Source of the DNA: Octopus vulgaris
Lineage: Eukaryota
Assembly (NCBI GenBank): GCA_951406725.2
Contig: OX597823.1
Coordinates: forward strand, 73,532,001-73,596,000
Direction of reading: 5' to 3'
DNA length: 64,000 nt
A program made the position numbers and the translations under genes. The notes under the pieces were generated by a model. The model made no database searches, was not told where the DNA came from, and saw only the letters and a list, made by a program, of their open reading frames with translations. This document shows positions 26,849 to 41,273 of this stretch, in pieces; the first letter of the stretch is position 1; the number at the start of each line of letters is the position of its first letter.

Positions 26849-27411
26849 CTACACTGTATATATAACTAGCAACACCGTTCAGTAAAGGATTCCCCGCCGT
26901 TTGACCAGCTACATGTGGGCTTGGAACTGTTCCATGACGGCTGGCTTTGGGCTACATGATAGCAAGGACAACCTCGTTAAACATCACATTATTCTTATCT
27001 TCAACAATGCAATCAGTTTCGTTTGACTTAAGAGTTCTTTATAACACGTGGCAATTCTATTCATTAGAAGGGAAGGACATGAAACATTTATCTTGCCCAT
27101 CGTTATTTTTTCCGAAACCCCATGAGGAAGGAAACTTCGGAATTCTTACATTCCCTTTCATTTTTTTGCTTTTATTTATTTGTTTATGTAATTATTTATT
27201 CATTTATGTAATTATTTATTTGCTTTTATTTTCATTTTCATTTTCTAATTTTCTACTGACAACATTTTAGTCATTTCGGACAGAGTCTTTTTTTGTGTGT
27301 GTGTCTGCTGTTGAAAGAAATATAGATTTCTTCCGCAAAATTGACTGAAATGAATGGTAAAATAATGAATGATAAAACGGTTTTAAGTTTAATTTCATAT
27401 ATGTTTATAGG

Positions 27412-27481
<70 letters not shown>

Positions 27482-28683
27482 AAAAAAAAGAAAGAAAGAA
27501 AGAAAGAAAGAAAGAAGCGTTACTAAATTGTGTCTATTCTCACGCTTGCTGTTTCATTGTACAAAGAAAAAAGTTGTATAAAAGAAGCGTAAGAAGTTCC
27601 GTTTTATTTAAATTGAAATAAGAAGAAAATCGAAAGGATTAAAAATATATACGGCATAAAGCGAGAATGTGTAAATTTGATTGAAAAACACAATAAGAAA
27701 CATTGGAAGCCAGAAATAAAACAATATTTAGTGGTTTGGTAAAATTGAGTAGACGTTTGTCAATAAATTAGACCATACGTAGGTTTCTTTCTTGTATGTA
27801 GACGTTAATCTGTCAGAATGCTATAAAATGTTACAACCATTTGCAAAATAAAAGAAAAACAAAAAAGAAGTGATGGGTTTTGCGTGTTATACATGTGTGT
27901 TTTATAGCTACTGAGTGTGTTTGTATGTGTGTGCGACTATTATATCTTAAAATATTTTCTATGTGGAAGGTTAAGTTGTTTGAGACACAGACATGACGAC
28001 AGAGATTAATATGAATTCCTATGGGCGAGGAAGGCAAGTTGACAGCTATTATTGAACGCCAGGCTAAATGCCTCGAAGTATTTAGTTTCTTTCGTATATT
28101 TTCTCGACTCCAAGACCTCTAGAGTCTTCTAAAATATATAGGGTTAAAAAAAAAAGGAACTATATTGCACTGAGATCATTTCCTTACACTTACAAATAAA
28201 CTTTATTTTACTGAGTCAAAAAAATATACTGCCAATCAATTTCTTGATGACACGGACGAAAATAAGGTTTTTTCTTTCTGTCAATCTTTCTTCTTGATAT
28301 TGGAAATAGATTCCTTATATTTAAACCAGTCATGGCCAAACTGCGGCCCTCCAGACTTTCTAAATAGCATGCTAATAAAAACTTACCCTGAATTTTTTAG
28401 TTGTATGGTCCGCTTGATGATGGTCCATGTCTCATGTGGCTCGTTTCTCGTAAAAGATTGCCCTTGCCAGATCCAAACCTAAAGCAAATTCTTTTAGGGA
28501 AGGGTAGGTATCTAAATCGCCCCAGCTGTCTCTATTGTTATCACTATTAAATGCAATATTCAACTACGCCTGTGCAAACTATATTTAATGCTAATTCATT
28601 TAATTTGTTGTGTTTAGGTTAGCTATATCTTCCTATCTAGAACCACGAAGATATAAAAACTTTGTTCCACTAACAAAAGCAGT

Positions 28684-28925
28684 GAAGGCGTGTGGCTTAG
28701 TGGTTAGGGTGTAGGACTCATGATTGTAAGATTCCTGGACAGGGTGATGCATTGTGTTCTTGTACAACGTACTTCATTTCATACTGTTCCAGTCCACTAA
28801 ACATTCAAAAATGAGTATTCCTGCGACTGACCGGCGTCCTGGCTCATGAGGGTGGGCATATGTATATACGCCAGAGACTCCGTGAAACCATCTCTATGAG
28901 TCTGTATTACTCAGAAAGGAGCTTT
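28684..28925 (+). mobile_element. SINE family D, diverged
   Basis: GAAGGCGTGTGGCTTAGTGGTTAGGG head; CTTCATTTCATACTGTTCCAGTCCACT core shared with 61130-61366. Confidence 0.75.
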
Positions 28926-29094
28926 ATCCTTTTTTTTCCACCTACTTACTATAACTGACGGTTCTATTGAAAATAGCTGTGCGACTCCTTCAAGGAAAAT
29001 TTTAATAAATTTGTCACAATATCTGTAGTTTATGGTGAGTCGGATTTCATAAAAACGTAATTGAAGATTTAACGATCACATACTTTCTAAGTGT

Positions 29095-29385
29095 GGAGGC
29101 GCAATGGCCCTTTGGTTAAGGCAGCAGACTCGCGGTTTCGATTCCCAGACCGGGCGTTATGTGTTTTTACTGAATGAAAACACCTAAAGCTCCACGAGGC
29201 TCCGGCAGGGGGTGGTGGCGATCCCTGCTGTACTCTTTCGCCACAACTTTCTCTCACTCTCTCTTCCTGTTTCTTGAGTAACGCTGTGATGGACTGGCGT
29301 CCCGTCCAGCTGGGGGGGGGGACATATACGCCACAGAAACCGGGAAACCGGGCCCATGAGCCTGGCTAGGCTTGAAAAGGGCGAA
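29095..29385 (+). mobile_element. tRNA-derived SINE, family C
   Basis: GGAGGCGCAATGGCCC...GGTTTCGATTCCCAGACCG head; homolog at 45480-45687; 3' part shared with family D (GGAAACCGGGCCCATGAGCC...AAAAGGGCG). Confidence 0.8.
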
Positions 29386-29757
29386 AAAGAACATTCTAAG
29401 TAAGGCGAGCCTCGTTTACTCCATATTTGATCAGTTTGTCACCAAAAGACTATAACCTCGATGAGGTTTATGTATTGCCTCAATTTTAGCTATGTTATAT
29501 CCCGCACACTAATATCTGTTTATATCTGTTTAAATCTGTAACACACGCACACACGCATTAATTAATGTATTACAGTGTGCAACATGATTGTTGTCCTTGG
29601 GTAGCAACTGCTATTTCCTTACTCCTAGAACGTTTGAGATACGGCTAAAAGTTCCTTCAAATTTTGCTTTTGTTACACATATTCGAGCCCCAAAGAAACC
29701 CTCTCAAAATACGGCCATAATACCCCCAGCTACTCATGATCAGAGATGTACGTATTC

Positions 29758-29969
29758 TTTTCTACTCTAGGCACGAGACCTGAAATTTGGAGGAAGGGGC
29801 CAGTCGATTAGATCGACCCCAGTGCGTAACTGGTTACTTAATTTATCGACCCCGAAAGGATGAAAGGCAAAGTCGACCTCGGCGGAATTTGAACTCACAA
29901 CCTAACGACAGACGAAATACCGCAAAGTATTTCGGCCAGCGTGTTACGTTTCTGCCAGCTGGCCGCCTT
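29758..29969 (-). mobile_element. SINE family A monomer with tail B
   Basis: Central GGATGAAAGGCAAAGTCGACCTCGGCGG on the + strand. Confidence 0.85.
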
Positions 29970-30689
29970 AGGAAATGCACATATTCTCAGCCATTAAAGG
30001 ATATACTCAAATGGTTAAGGTCAAGCAATTGACAAGGAAATCTCTGGTATTGAGCAGAATATTTGCTATAACGATATTTCTGCTTCAGATACTCAGCGCT
30101 GAATCTGTCTGAAATGTAATGGAAAATAGATCAGCTTCAACACATTGACGTCCAGGTCACAAAATCAAAGTCTGAAGAGCGCAGTAGCCATTTCCTCTGA
30201 TTTCTAGATAGAAGCAAATAGGAAGTAACACTTTCCGACCAAAGTCAAAACAAAAATTTTGTTAGTGTTATTTGATATTGTTTGTTAACTTGTCGAAAAC
30301 AACAATATATTTACTGGTGGTTGAACTCTACACAGTTAATAGAGTAAATATATTTTGGATAGTGATTTGATGGGACTTAAATTTTTGACTTTAACTTCTT
30401 ATTTAACCAATCTCCTTGAAAAAGTTAAAACAATCAATACTATGAATATATATGTATTATATAAGAATTTAATATATGTGTGTGAGTGTGTGTGTGTATT
30501 TTATGAACTATACGTGCGTTTGTGTATGTATAGAAGGCAGCAGATTGGGAAAATCGTTAGAAAAATGCTTTGTGGTATTTAGTTACGTCCCTTTAAGTTC
30601 TAGATTTGATATTTCACTCGAATCGATAAAATAAAATAAAACCTCTAGTCAAGCAATTGATTACATTTATCCGCCTTGGTGGGTGTATG

Positions 30690-30732
30690 CATAAATAATG
30701 TGTGTGTGTGTGCGCGCGCATGTATCTGTTTA

Positions 30733-30794
<62 letters not shown>

Positions 30795-31018
30795 CATAAA
30801 CAGATACACGCACGCGCGCACACACACATTTATACATATTTATATATATATATATTTATATACATGTATATATATATTTACTTATATATGTATATATGTA
30901 TATATACATATATATATGTGTGTATGCATATATATATATATATATACATGTATATGTGTATGTATATATATACATACATAAATATATGTGTGCGTGTATG
31001 TATGTATTTATGTGTACG

Positions 31019-31054
<36 letters not shown>

Positions 31055-31280
31055 AATATATTTACTTATATATGTATATATACATATATATATATGTGTG
31101 TATGCATATATATATATACATATATATGTGTATGTATATATATATATATATATACATACATACATACATAAATATGTGTGTGTGTATGTATGTATGTATG
31201 TATGTATGTATGTATGTATGTATGTATGTATGTATGTATGTATGTATGTGTTTGTATGTATGTATGCATGTATGTATGAC
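30690..31280. repeat. Compound (TG)/(TA)/(TATG)n microsatellite
   Basis: Direct reading. Confidence 0.95.
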
Positions 31281-32185
31281 TATAAGCACATAAAGAGGGA
31301 GAGAGTGGAGAAGAGATAGATAATATGTGGCAAGCGTATTTGTTTGTGTGTATATATATTCACATATATTCCCATTATGTTGGCCCTTCTCCAAAGTATC
31401 GTAGCACTTTTCTAGTCAGTCGTAAAGTAATTTGATTCTGAACATTGATAAGAAATAAGAGAATAATATTTCTATCTGAAAGCCACAGATGACGAAGTCG
31501 TAAACATACGGAGCGTATCACATCATTAGATTATAAGCAAGACAACATCATAACCATTTAACCCTCACTGACCCAGAACCATCTAAATTCTAAATTTAGC
31601 CTCTGGGTTTTTTTTTTTCTTTTTATCTTGAAGTACGAAATACGAATAGTGAAACGTGGCAAAGACTCTCAAGAGAACAGAAATATTTCTCCACCTTTTA
31701 GCACCATGAAAACCTGAGATAATGTACAGTATATTATGATATACTCTGGTAACACTTGTCATTAAAAGTGAAGTGTAGGCTAATAGATCAATTCTTAATA
31801 AATGTTTCATAGACAAGGCGGTGAGATGCCACAGTCGTTAAACACGCCGAGAAAAATGCTTAGAAGTATTTTCTCCATCCTTACGTTGATTTCAAATTCC
31901 GCTGAGGTTGACTTTGTCTTTTCTTCTTTCAGGATCGATAAAATGAGTACCGGTTGAACACTAGGGTCGATGTAATCGATTAATCCTCTCCCTCAAAATT
32001 GCTGGTTTTCTGCCAAATTCCGTGAAACCAATGTATGTTTCATATTAAACTGATTATTGACAGGTCAGAAGCGACCCTAAGGATATTTCAAATCAGAGCG
32101 TCGGGTATTGGTACTAAATACTGAAAAGAGTCTAAACCAACGGTCTCCAGCTTCTGCTCCGCCATCCTCAGAATGCTCAATACAT

Positions 32186-32951
32186 CATGTTCTATTCTAG
32201 ACACAAGGCCCGAAATTTGAAGGAAGGGAGCAGTCGATTAGATCGACCCCAGTACGCAACTGGTACTTAATTTATCGACCCCGAAAGGATGAAAGGCAAA
32301 GTCGACCTCGGCGGAATTTGAACTCAGAACGTAGCGGCAGACGAAATACCTATTTCTTTACTACCCACAAGGGGCTAAACACAGAGAGGACAAACAAGGA
32401 CAGACAAACGGATTAAGTCGATTACATCGACCCCAGTGCGTATCTGGTACTTAATTTATTGACCCCGAAGGGATGAAAGGCAAAGTCGACCTCGGCGGAA
32501 TTTGAACTCAGAACGTAGCGGCAGACGAAATACCTATTTCTTTACTACCCACAAGGGGCTAAATACAGAGAGAACAAACAAGGACAGATAAACGGATTAA
32601 GTCGATTACATCGACCCCAGTGCGTAACTGTTACTTAATTTATCGATCCAGAAAGGATGAAAGGCAAAGTCGACCTCGGCAGAAGTTGAACTCAGATCGT
32701 AAAGACAGACGAAATACCTATTTCTTTACTACCCACCAGGGGCTAAACACAGAGAGGACAAACAAGGACAGACAAACGGATTAAGTCGATTACATCGACC
32801 CAAGGGCGTAACTGTTTCTTAATTTATTGATCCCGAAAGGATGAAAGGCAAAGTCGACCTCGGCAGAAGTTGAACTCAGATCGTAAAGACAGACGAAATA
32901 CCGCTAAGCATTTTGTCCGGCGTGCTAACGTTTCTGCCAGCTCGCCACCTT
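32186..32951 (-). mobile_element. SINE family A tetramer with 184-bp internal period
   Basis: ACGAAATACC recurs at 32341, 32525, 32709 and 32893; a single head at 32951; TSD GAATGCTCAA(T/C)ACAT at 32171 and 32952. Confidence 0.9.
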
Positions 32952-33203
32952 GAATGCTCAACACATTGCAGCCGAAATGACAAATGTATTGTTTAATATT
33001 AGAGTTTCCAACTCTTTATCAACTATTGATTTACCTTCGAGTAGAAATAGCAACCAGGTCTTATTCGAACCACAACCTAACTTCTTAAAAAGGTTAAATA
33101 CGCGTTTGTGTTATATACTTTGAACGTGTTTGGTCGTAGGTCACTTCGATCGGAGTTTACTTAAGATTATTAGAATTCAAGCCTTGTATTTACAGTAGAA
33201 AGG

Positions 33204-33275
<72 letters not shown>

Positions 33276-33329
33276 GGGTGAGTGAGAGAGCAGTGCATGT
33301 GAAAGACTAGTGAGAGAGCAATGCATGTA

Positions 33330-35050
33330 AAAACTGTGGCCAGCAAAACCTACACTGCATTGAGCAACAATAGCAGATGGGGGAATATGTCGCTAAATCT
33401 CGTCTTTCGCTATGTTGTCACCCCATGCGATGTTTTGAACCCTTGTGAAAAACTTAGTGTACATGCCATCAAGGAGATCTTAAAGCTTTTTCATAGCCCA
33501 GATTTCGGTTCCGTAAAAAAAAAGCAGAAATGTTGTCTACACTAAACTTAAAGAAGCAGCGTTGTTGACTATGAAATATTTGATCGCTAAATACTGCGAA
33601 GCTTGAAACATGCACTTCAAGGACTGTCCTTGCGTGTCTTTCTTATAATCAGTAACATAATGCCCAAGGTATTTAATGTCACTGACCTTCGTGAGTTGTG
33701 TGCTATCGTTGGAACAAATTCGCAGGCGGCTTTTATCCCTAATGATGATCATGTACTCCATCCTCTTTGGATTGAGAAACAGATCGACCATATGCGTAGG
33801 AGTGACTGTGTGGTGAGTAGCTTGTTTACGAACCACATGGTTCCCGGTTCAGTCCCACTGTGTAGCACCTTGGGCAAGTGTCTTCTACTATAGCCTCGGG
33901 CTGACCAAAGCCTTGTAAGTGGATTTGGTAGGCGGAAACCGAAAGAATCCCGTCGTATATATGCATATATATATATATGTATGTATGTGTGTGTATATGT
34001 TTGTGTGTCTGTGTTTGTCCCCCCAACATCGCTTGACAACCGATGCTAGTGCGTTTACGTCCCCGTAACTTAGCGGTTCGGCGAAAGAGACCGATAGAAT
34101 AAGTAGTAGGCTTGCAAAGAATAAGTTCTGGGGTCGATTTGCTCGACTAAAAGCGGTGCTCCAACATGGCCACAGTCAAATGACTGAAACAAGTAAAAGA
34201 GTAACCGCTTTAGCATTCTGAAGGAATACTAGCAAATCTCGAAGGCGTATATCTATGTAAAAAGACACGAAAAAAATTCTTGGATGTTATATGCTTACCC
34301 TATGATGTTGAGCAGCCATCAGAAGTAGCCAGTTGAAACTATCATCTTTTGATCTGAGGCTGGATAATGAAGAGATTTTTTGCTGTCTTCTCCACCGCAA
34401 CCGAAGTATTTAAACTTAGTATTCCAAGCTAAATCGGGACCCAATAATACTGGAGTAGTTGTTACGTTAATGAGTTGTAACGGCTCATAATTCTTATTAC
34501 AGCTTAACAGCAGCGTAGTAAAGGCTCTTAGTACCCGAAAGCAAATAGCAAGGTATAATAAGCAGGAAGAAAATTCGTGTGCTATTACAGCTGCAACCGA
34601 AGGCACTTTCCCTCCTTCTCTTTAACTGCTACATCTCTACAACTTAATGGATTTAGCTATGAACACAAAGCAAGTTAGTTGATGGTTTGTAACCGTGCAT
34701 CGTTCACTCTTTCATTAGTATTTTATAGTTACTCTGTAACTCAAGAAACTGTCTGCCTACTAAAATCAAACTTTATAACAACTGACCCAGCTTCCATTTA
34801 CTGAACGTATGTCCGATGACCCACCGTTTACCCAATAATATTCTATAATTACCGATTGAAAAGCTGTGTCGTGTCTTTTCTTGCATAACTTTGTCATTTC
34901 GATTAACTTAACAACAATACTTTTATCTTGTCTATCTTCTATATCTACTAATTCTCCTTTACTAATATATACCTACATCTACACGTTTATTAATGCATGA
35001 AGGATAATGATCCGTTACTGTTAGATACCTGTTGATGCATGTGTATTTCT
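33330..35050 (-). mobile_element. Decayed RTE-type LINE RT fragment interrupted by a SINE
   Basis: LFLNPKRMEYM...KVSDIKYLGHY (33640-33790) and a GFAGH motif near 33340; weaker RT remnants at 34500-34700; boundaries approximate. Confidence 0.55.
33795..34203 (+). mobile_element. tRNA-derived SINE family B with internal microsatellite
   Basis: GCGTAGGAGTG(A/G)CTGTGTGGT...GGTTCAGTCCCACTG head, CACCTTGGGCAAGTGTCTTC core, ending TGACTGAAACAAGTAAAAGAGT. Further partial copies at ~25875, ~38562, ~41300, ~48005, ~54770, ~55215, ~55505 and ~63070. Confidence 0.9.
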
Positions 35051-36362
35051 ACGCTTGCTGACTAACAGCCAATGCAATCAAGAACCAAGTTGGATTTGCG
35101 GTTTTTCTTTTTTCTTCTCTAAGATAGAGATAATGTTTGAAGTGATAGTTTTATCTTCTTTTTAGTAATTTATTATACAGAACTTCCAGACTGGTGAGTT
35201 GTTGCTGTTGTTTGGCCCCCCAAGTGAGCACTAACCGAGCAGACACAATATTTACCGTCCTGTCTGTTTATATATCAAAGATTATATTGTCCAAAACGTC
35301 CTTCTTTTAAAGATGAGTGTGTATATTTTTTAGAGATTTTGCAACAAGACACTCAAATGCTGGCTCGACTTGAGTTGTGGATTGATGCAAATGATAATAT
35401 GCACAACTAAATATTTTCCTTGTCATTCTAAGTTATGAAATCGATAAAATACGAACAATCGTTTTGTAAGCCATGGGTACATACACGTCTGCATTATGCA
35501 GTACTAACTTTTATGAAGATGCATGATGTTGAGGAAGATTGAGTAAGAATTTCTAACAATTTCAATTTATTAGCTATTTCCTGAACAAAGATATACTACG
35601 GTTCCGGATTCTATTTCTCAAAATTTGATTTCTTCATATGAAGAAAATCTTACTCCTCACAGAATAGTGTCGATTTGATGGGTTTTAACAAATTTAACTC
35701 ATTTCTTGATAAACATTATTTCTGACTAATATACTTAAAAGTAACTTTTCTTCAGAATGTAGATGAACTTAACAACTTACTCACATTAAAATAGTTTAGA
35801 TTTACACTAAAATTTCACTTGTGTCTAATATCGATTAATACAGTCTGAACGAAGAAAAGTGTTTCTCCAACTGATAAAAATATTGCTTAAAGCTGTAAAA
35901 AGAAAAAAAACATAAAATATATTTTTCGGCAAATATTTCGCACTTAATATAACCCATTTGCACCTAAAACTTTTGTTACGTAAGACAAAATATCCACCAA
36001 AAAAGCCCTTAATCTGCGAGTCAGTTTTACTTCTATTCAAAGTTATATCGTATCAATTAAACGACAGGCATCCTGGAGAAATTTATAAATGAATCAACTC
36101 TTAATTTTCTCTTGTAAAACTGAGGCAAACCGTTTGCTGAATGAAAAAAATTAAAACATTTATCTTGTGGTGAGAGTTTGAAAGCTCTTGGCATTCTGAT
36201 GACGACATTTCATTTATAACAGCATCAACATTTAGACTGAAAATAAAGTTTCCAATTTTCTCCTTTGTAAGGTAATGATCATATGTCAAGTAAAATATAA
36301 TACAAAAGGTGAAAGACATCACATATAAATATGACAACAAATATACTAATTTGCGTTTTCAT

Positions 36363-36740
36363 ACTCTTTTACTTGTTTCAGTCATTTGAGTGTGGCCATG
36401 CTGGAGTACCGCCTTTAGTCGAGCAAATCGACCCAAGGACTTATTTTTGTAAGCCTAGTACTTGTTCTATCGGTCGCTTTTGCCGAATCGCTAAGTTACG
36501 GGGATGTAAACACCAGCATCGGTTGTCAAGCGATGTTGGGGGACAAACACAGACACGCATACATATATATACATACATATATACGAAGGGGTTCTTTCCA
36601 GTTTTCCGTCTACCAAATCCACTCACAAGGCTTTGGTCGGTCCGAGGCTATAGTAGAAGACACTTACCCAAGGTGCCACGCAGTGGGACTGAACCCGGAA
36701 CCATGTGGTTGGTAAGCAAGCTACTTACCACACAGCCACG
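36363..36740 (-). mobile_element. SINE family B, full length
   Basis: Reverse complement of the 33795 copy. Confidence 0.9.
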
Positions 36741-38522
36741 TTACGCCTATTGAAAATATCTTGCAATGTAAAAGCATGATGCCTTTAACTCTTTTCTTGT
36801 GACGTCAATATCATCCTAGAAATTAAGATGGCAATCTGGCTGAATTGTCTGCACGCCGGCAAAATGATTAACGCGATCCCGCCCGTCTTTATGATCGAAG
36901 TTCAAATTCCGCCGCGGTCGAGATTGCCGTTCATCCTTTCAGGAGTCAATAAAATAAGTATTGAGTTCGGGGGCGGGGTGATGTAATCGACTTAGCCCTT
37001 TCATCGAAATTGCTGGCATTGTGCCGAAATTAGAAACCAATATCAGTCTAGGAAATATGACGCCAGTGTATTTCCAACGAACTTTATTGGTGCAGCAGAT
37101 GTTAAAACAGTTTATTTATTTACGGTTTTTTTTTACATGTTAGTCAACAGGAGAAGGGCAGTTACCTGACTTTTTATTTTTCAGAGCCTCATAGACTGAT
37201 AAGAAAATGAGACAAAATTAATGTCAAATCTTAGCCTCCGTTCTTGCAACAGAATGAACTCCTCTGGTGGTGCTAAACTAACAACACCCATGAAATCAGA
37301 CATAGAACAAATACCACAAAGCAACTTGTTTGGTGCTCCAACAATTCCGTCAGTCCAGAGCATTGGAATGTTACCACATTTTACCAACACTGAAAGGATG
37401 AAAGGCAAAGTTGACTTCGGTGGGATTTGAACTCAGAAAGCCAGCGCACCGATTCGACGCATTTTTTTTTTTTTTTTTTGCTACGCTCTTATGACTGCCA
37501 CTTCGCCTAAAATTAAGAGGAAATGTCCTATCTTATAAGTTATTATTGTTTTTTTAGTTTGTTTATTTTGTTTTGAAACTGTAAGCTAAATTTGCGTAAA
37601 GGTATATATAAATATATGTGCATAGGTACATATCTTAATATATATGAGTCAGTAAGATTGTTTGTCATATGACTCAATGTCCATTCCTCTCCAAACATCA
37701 CATAAGCAAACATTTGAACTAAGAAGTTCAAACTAACAGAATATTCTCAATCTTCTACAAAGTAGTTATTTACATCAGCTTGAAATAGTCTGTTTAAGAA
37801 TTAAATGTTTTCTCCATAGACACTGTAATAACGCCAGAAGCAGGATATGAATGGCGAACGTTTCGATAATGTGACTGGGGCCTTATTAACTTTGCTATCT
37901 GTAACTATTTGCACAAATAGATAATATAAATACGTCTTTTCATTTCCAATAGCTGTGAATATTTACACAAAACTATTTTGTTTACGATTATTAAATACTT
38001 GTTTGCGTTCAGTTTTGGTTTGCAATCACTGAAGGGAAATCGACTATAAAAACTTTCTTTTGAATTATAAACCTTTCTGGCCAAACTGAAAAATATTTTG
38101 GCATTTGCATAAATACAGAGTTTCCTTGTTCCCACGTAAAATTTGAACTTCGACATTAATTTCCTTGCCAGTAAAATAAACTCACTAAATATGTTAGAAG
38201 CTTCGCTGAATATTCCAAATGTTTCCTGATACAATTTCTATTATGCTTCAGGTATGATAAGTTTTCTGTAATATAATTTACAACGCATATCGCATACACA
38301 CGCATGCGCACACACACTCATACACACACACACACATACACACACACACACACATACACACACATGCTCACGTTCACACACACTTTAATGCGCACAAAGA
38401 AACACAATCACTGCTCACAAATATACATTTCATTGCTAACAAATATAAATAAATAAACAAAACTCTTTTACGTATCTACAATTTTAACGAATATACACCT
38501 GCCCACACGTGCACATGTGTGA

Positions 38523-38560
<38 letters not shown>

Positions 38561-38769
38561 GGGCGTAGGAGAGTCTGTGTGGTAAGTAGCTTGCTTACCA
38601 ACTTACCAACCACATGGTTCTGGGTTCAGTCCCACTGCGTGGCACCTTGGGCAAGTGTCTTCTACTGTAGCCTCGGGCCAACCAAAGCCTTGTGAGTGGA
38701 TTTGGTAGAGGGAAACTGAAAGAAGCCCGTTGTATATATGTGTATATGCGCGTGTGTGTCTGTGTCTGT

Positions 38770-38832
<63 letters not shown>

Positions 38833-39889
38833 TCCCCCCAACATCGCTTGGCAACCGATGATTAAAAAACTAGTTTTAGATAATTCTTTCAAAATTCCTA
38901 ATTTTGTTTTTCCAAAAATTCACTTGTGTAGGTTCACAAGTGAACTCTCTGAGAGAACAGTTTCCAATGATCAGAAAAATGTTAAACTGTGTAAAATGTT
39001 AGAGAAAGAAACCTTGTTGTTTCTTGCAATAAATACATTTAAAGCAAAATCTTTTCATGGGCCCTTTAAATACTACTGCGTATCCCCAATTTACTATTTT
39101 GCTTACGTGGACCTCAAAACCTCAGCTAATACGAGGGAGGTCACATGGACCTTAGTTGGGAACCACCGCACTAGAATCCACTGTCATGTAAAATTATATC
39201 TTCTGAGGCCTTCTGCTATCAACCACTGTTTATTCTCTACAGAGCGCTAAAATGATGAAATACTGCATATCTGAATTTAACCAGTTTGATTTCTGGAAAG
39301 TCATAAACATCGAAAAGAAATGACAAATATCAAAGAAAAATATTTTAAAGCGGAATAATTTTCCTTACATCCTAATTTAAAATTTGAAGGATTCCTTTGG
39401 CTATAGAAGATGAAGAAACATGAATAGAATGCCAACGAAGTTTGTTTGTTTCTTTCTAAAAGTATGTACTACTCTATCTTTTCATTTTCCTTTTTCTCTT
39501 TTGTTCTGTTTCAGCTTTGTTTAGAAGGGAAACAATTACTAGATATAGTACTTGTTATGGTTTTCTGCTCTGTTCAAAACTTGACACAAAATTATGCCTG
39601 CAGCTTAGTTCTTTTTGCACATGACATGACTATTTTAAGCCAATTGAATATATTTTCATTTCACCAAAAATCAGACACTGAAATTAGCTCATGATAGATT
39701 TTCTGTTTCCTCATCACATGACTGTGCTTAACATCAGTTTTTAGCCAAACGTAAGTAGCACTTTCGGAGTAAAGAAGTTATGTCCCATTTGAACCAATAT
39801 TTTCTCATTTAAAGTGCCAATTTTCATTCGGTAGAGTTTTTTCATTGCTGTTACCAAATCAGTGAAGACATTTCTATACAGTCACGTAA

Positions 39890-39935
<46 letters not shown>

Positions 39936-41018
39936 ACACACACACACACACACACACGTGCACACACTCACACACACACACACGTGTGGGAGGGTGAATT
40001 CAGGTGGTATAACAAGATCTTTCAAATTTTCCCTTGATATCAGCCATTATGTAATCTTTATGAGCTTCCTAAAGATAAATTTTATTTATCAAATGGGTTC
40101 ACTGATCCGTCATTTCTTTTATGTGAAATAGAGAGAAGAAAGAGAAGTAGGAATTGTTTGTTTGTTGTTTTTTTTTAATGTTATGCTTACTCAATTACAT
40201 TTAAATGTGTTCAGTATTTCATAGTTCTTCTATATCTATGTATCTATAAGCAAACTGTTTCTGTATACTTATGCTTCATCAGTATAAAGTATAGATGAAT
40301 CAGTTCACTATGCAATTTGTAAATGGCATTTTCTTTCTATGTGTCATATAAAAATTGACTCCATAATATAGAAAATAGTTCAAATGTATTCTTATCCGTG
40401 ACACTTTTTTTATTTCTCATGAAACTCTATGTCTACGCTATTGTGTAAACAGAAAGAATAATTTGTTGATAGTAGATCTCTAGTGAAGTTACTGGGTAAC
40501 ATTTGCATGTGACTGAATTTAGAACTCATTGGAATAAAAGATGTGCGCAGCTGAAAAAAGAAATTTAATCAAGAAGAGGATGTGACTATGTGCAACAAAG
40601 ACAATGTTTGTGGATACAAGGAAACAGCAAAAGTTCACTGGGAAAAAATATTCATTTTGTTCAGTGTGAGATGTCAAATTATGACAGAGATCATTACAAA
40701 GAAAAGAGAGAAAGAGAGAGAAAATATTACTGGGTTAATCTGACCGCGCCTTTAAGAATTGGATTATGTTACATGTAAACATGTGGATTTGTGAGCATGA
40801 ATTGAGGTAAGATTGTAAAAAATTGCGAGAGATTAAATTCCGTTAGCCCCTGGGGCATATTTTCAACTGCGGAGACGGAATTAACGGGAAATAAATTGCC
40901 TTGCTCAGAGACACAACACGCCGCCCAACCCGAGAATCGAACCTTCGATCTAACGAACGTGTGCCCAACACAGTCGTTAAATCATACACACAGAAACATA
41001 CTTATATGTGTTTGCATA

Positions 41019-41273
41019 CTGTAATCCCTCGCCATATCGCGGCTCACCTATCGCAGTTCACTTATCACGGTTCATCTATCGCGGTTTATTATTTAAGCTT
41101 ACATCGATTCCTCCGTGGTGTAGTTTTGCATTCATAATAAAATAAGTATATACAAATTAAGAAATAATAAAAAAAAAAGTATACAGTACAATACTGTTTC
41201 TACTTCGTGGATTTTCACCTATCGCGGGGCGGGGGTTTGGAATCTAGCACCCGCGACAGTCAAGGGATTACTG
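41019..41273. mobile_element. Tigger/pogo-like MITE
   Basis: TA|CTGTAATCCCT ... AGGGATTACTG|TA termini; internal TATCGCGG repeats. Confidence 0.75.

Noticed and set aside
32186-32951. Regularly spaced repeats as a CRISPR-like array
   Set aside because: Units are contiguous SINE sequence with no unique spacers; eukaryotic context and no cas genes.
35400-39170. Possible scattered hAT/Charlie transposase remnants and a hAT-like end at ~39150-39170
   Set aside because: Motifs too degraded to assign boundaries or orientation.
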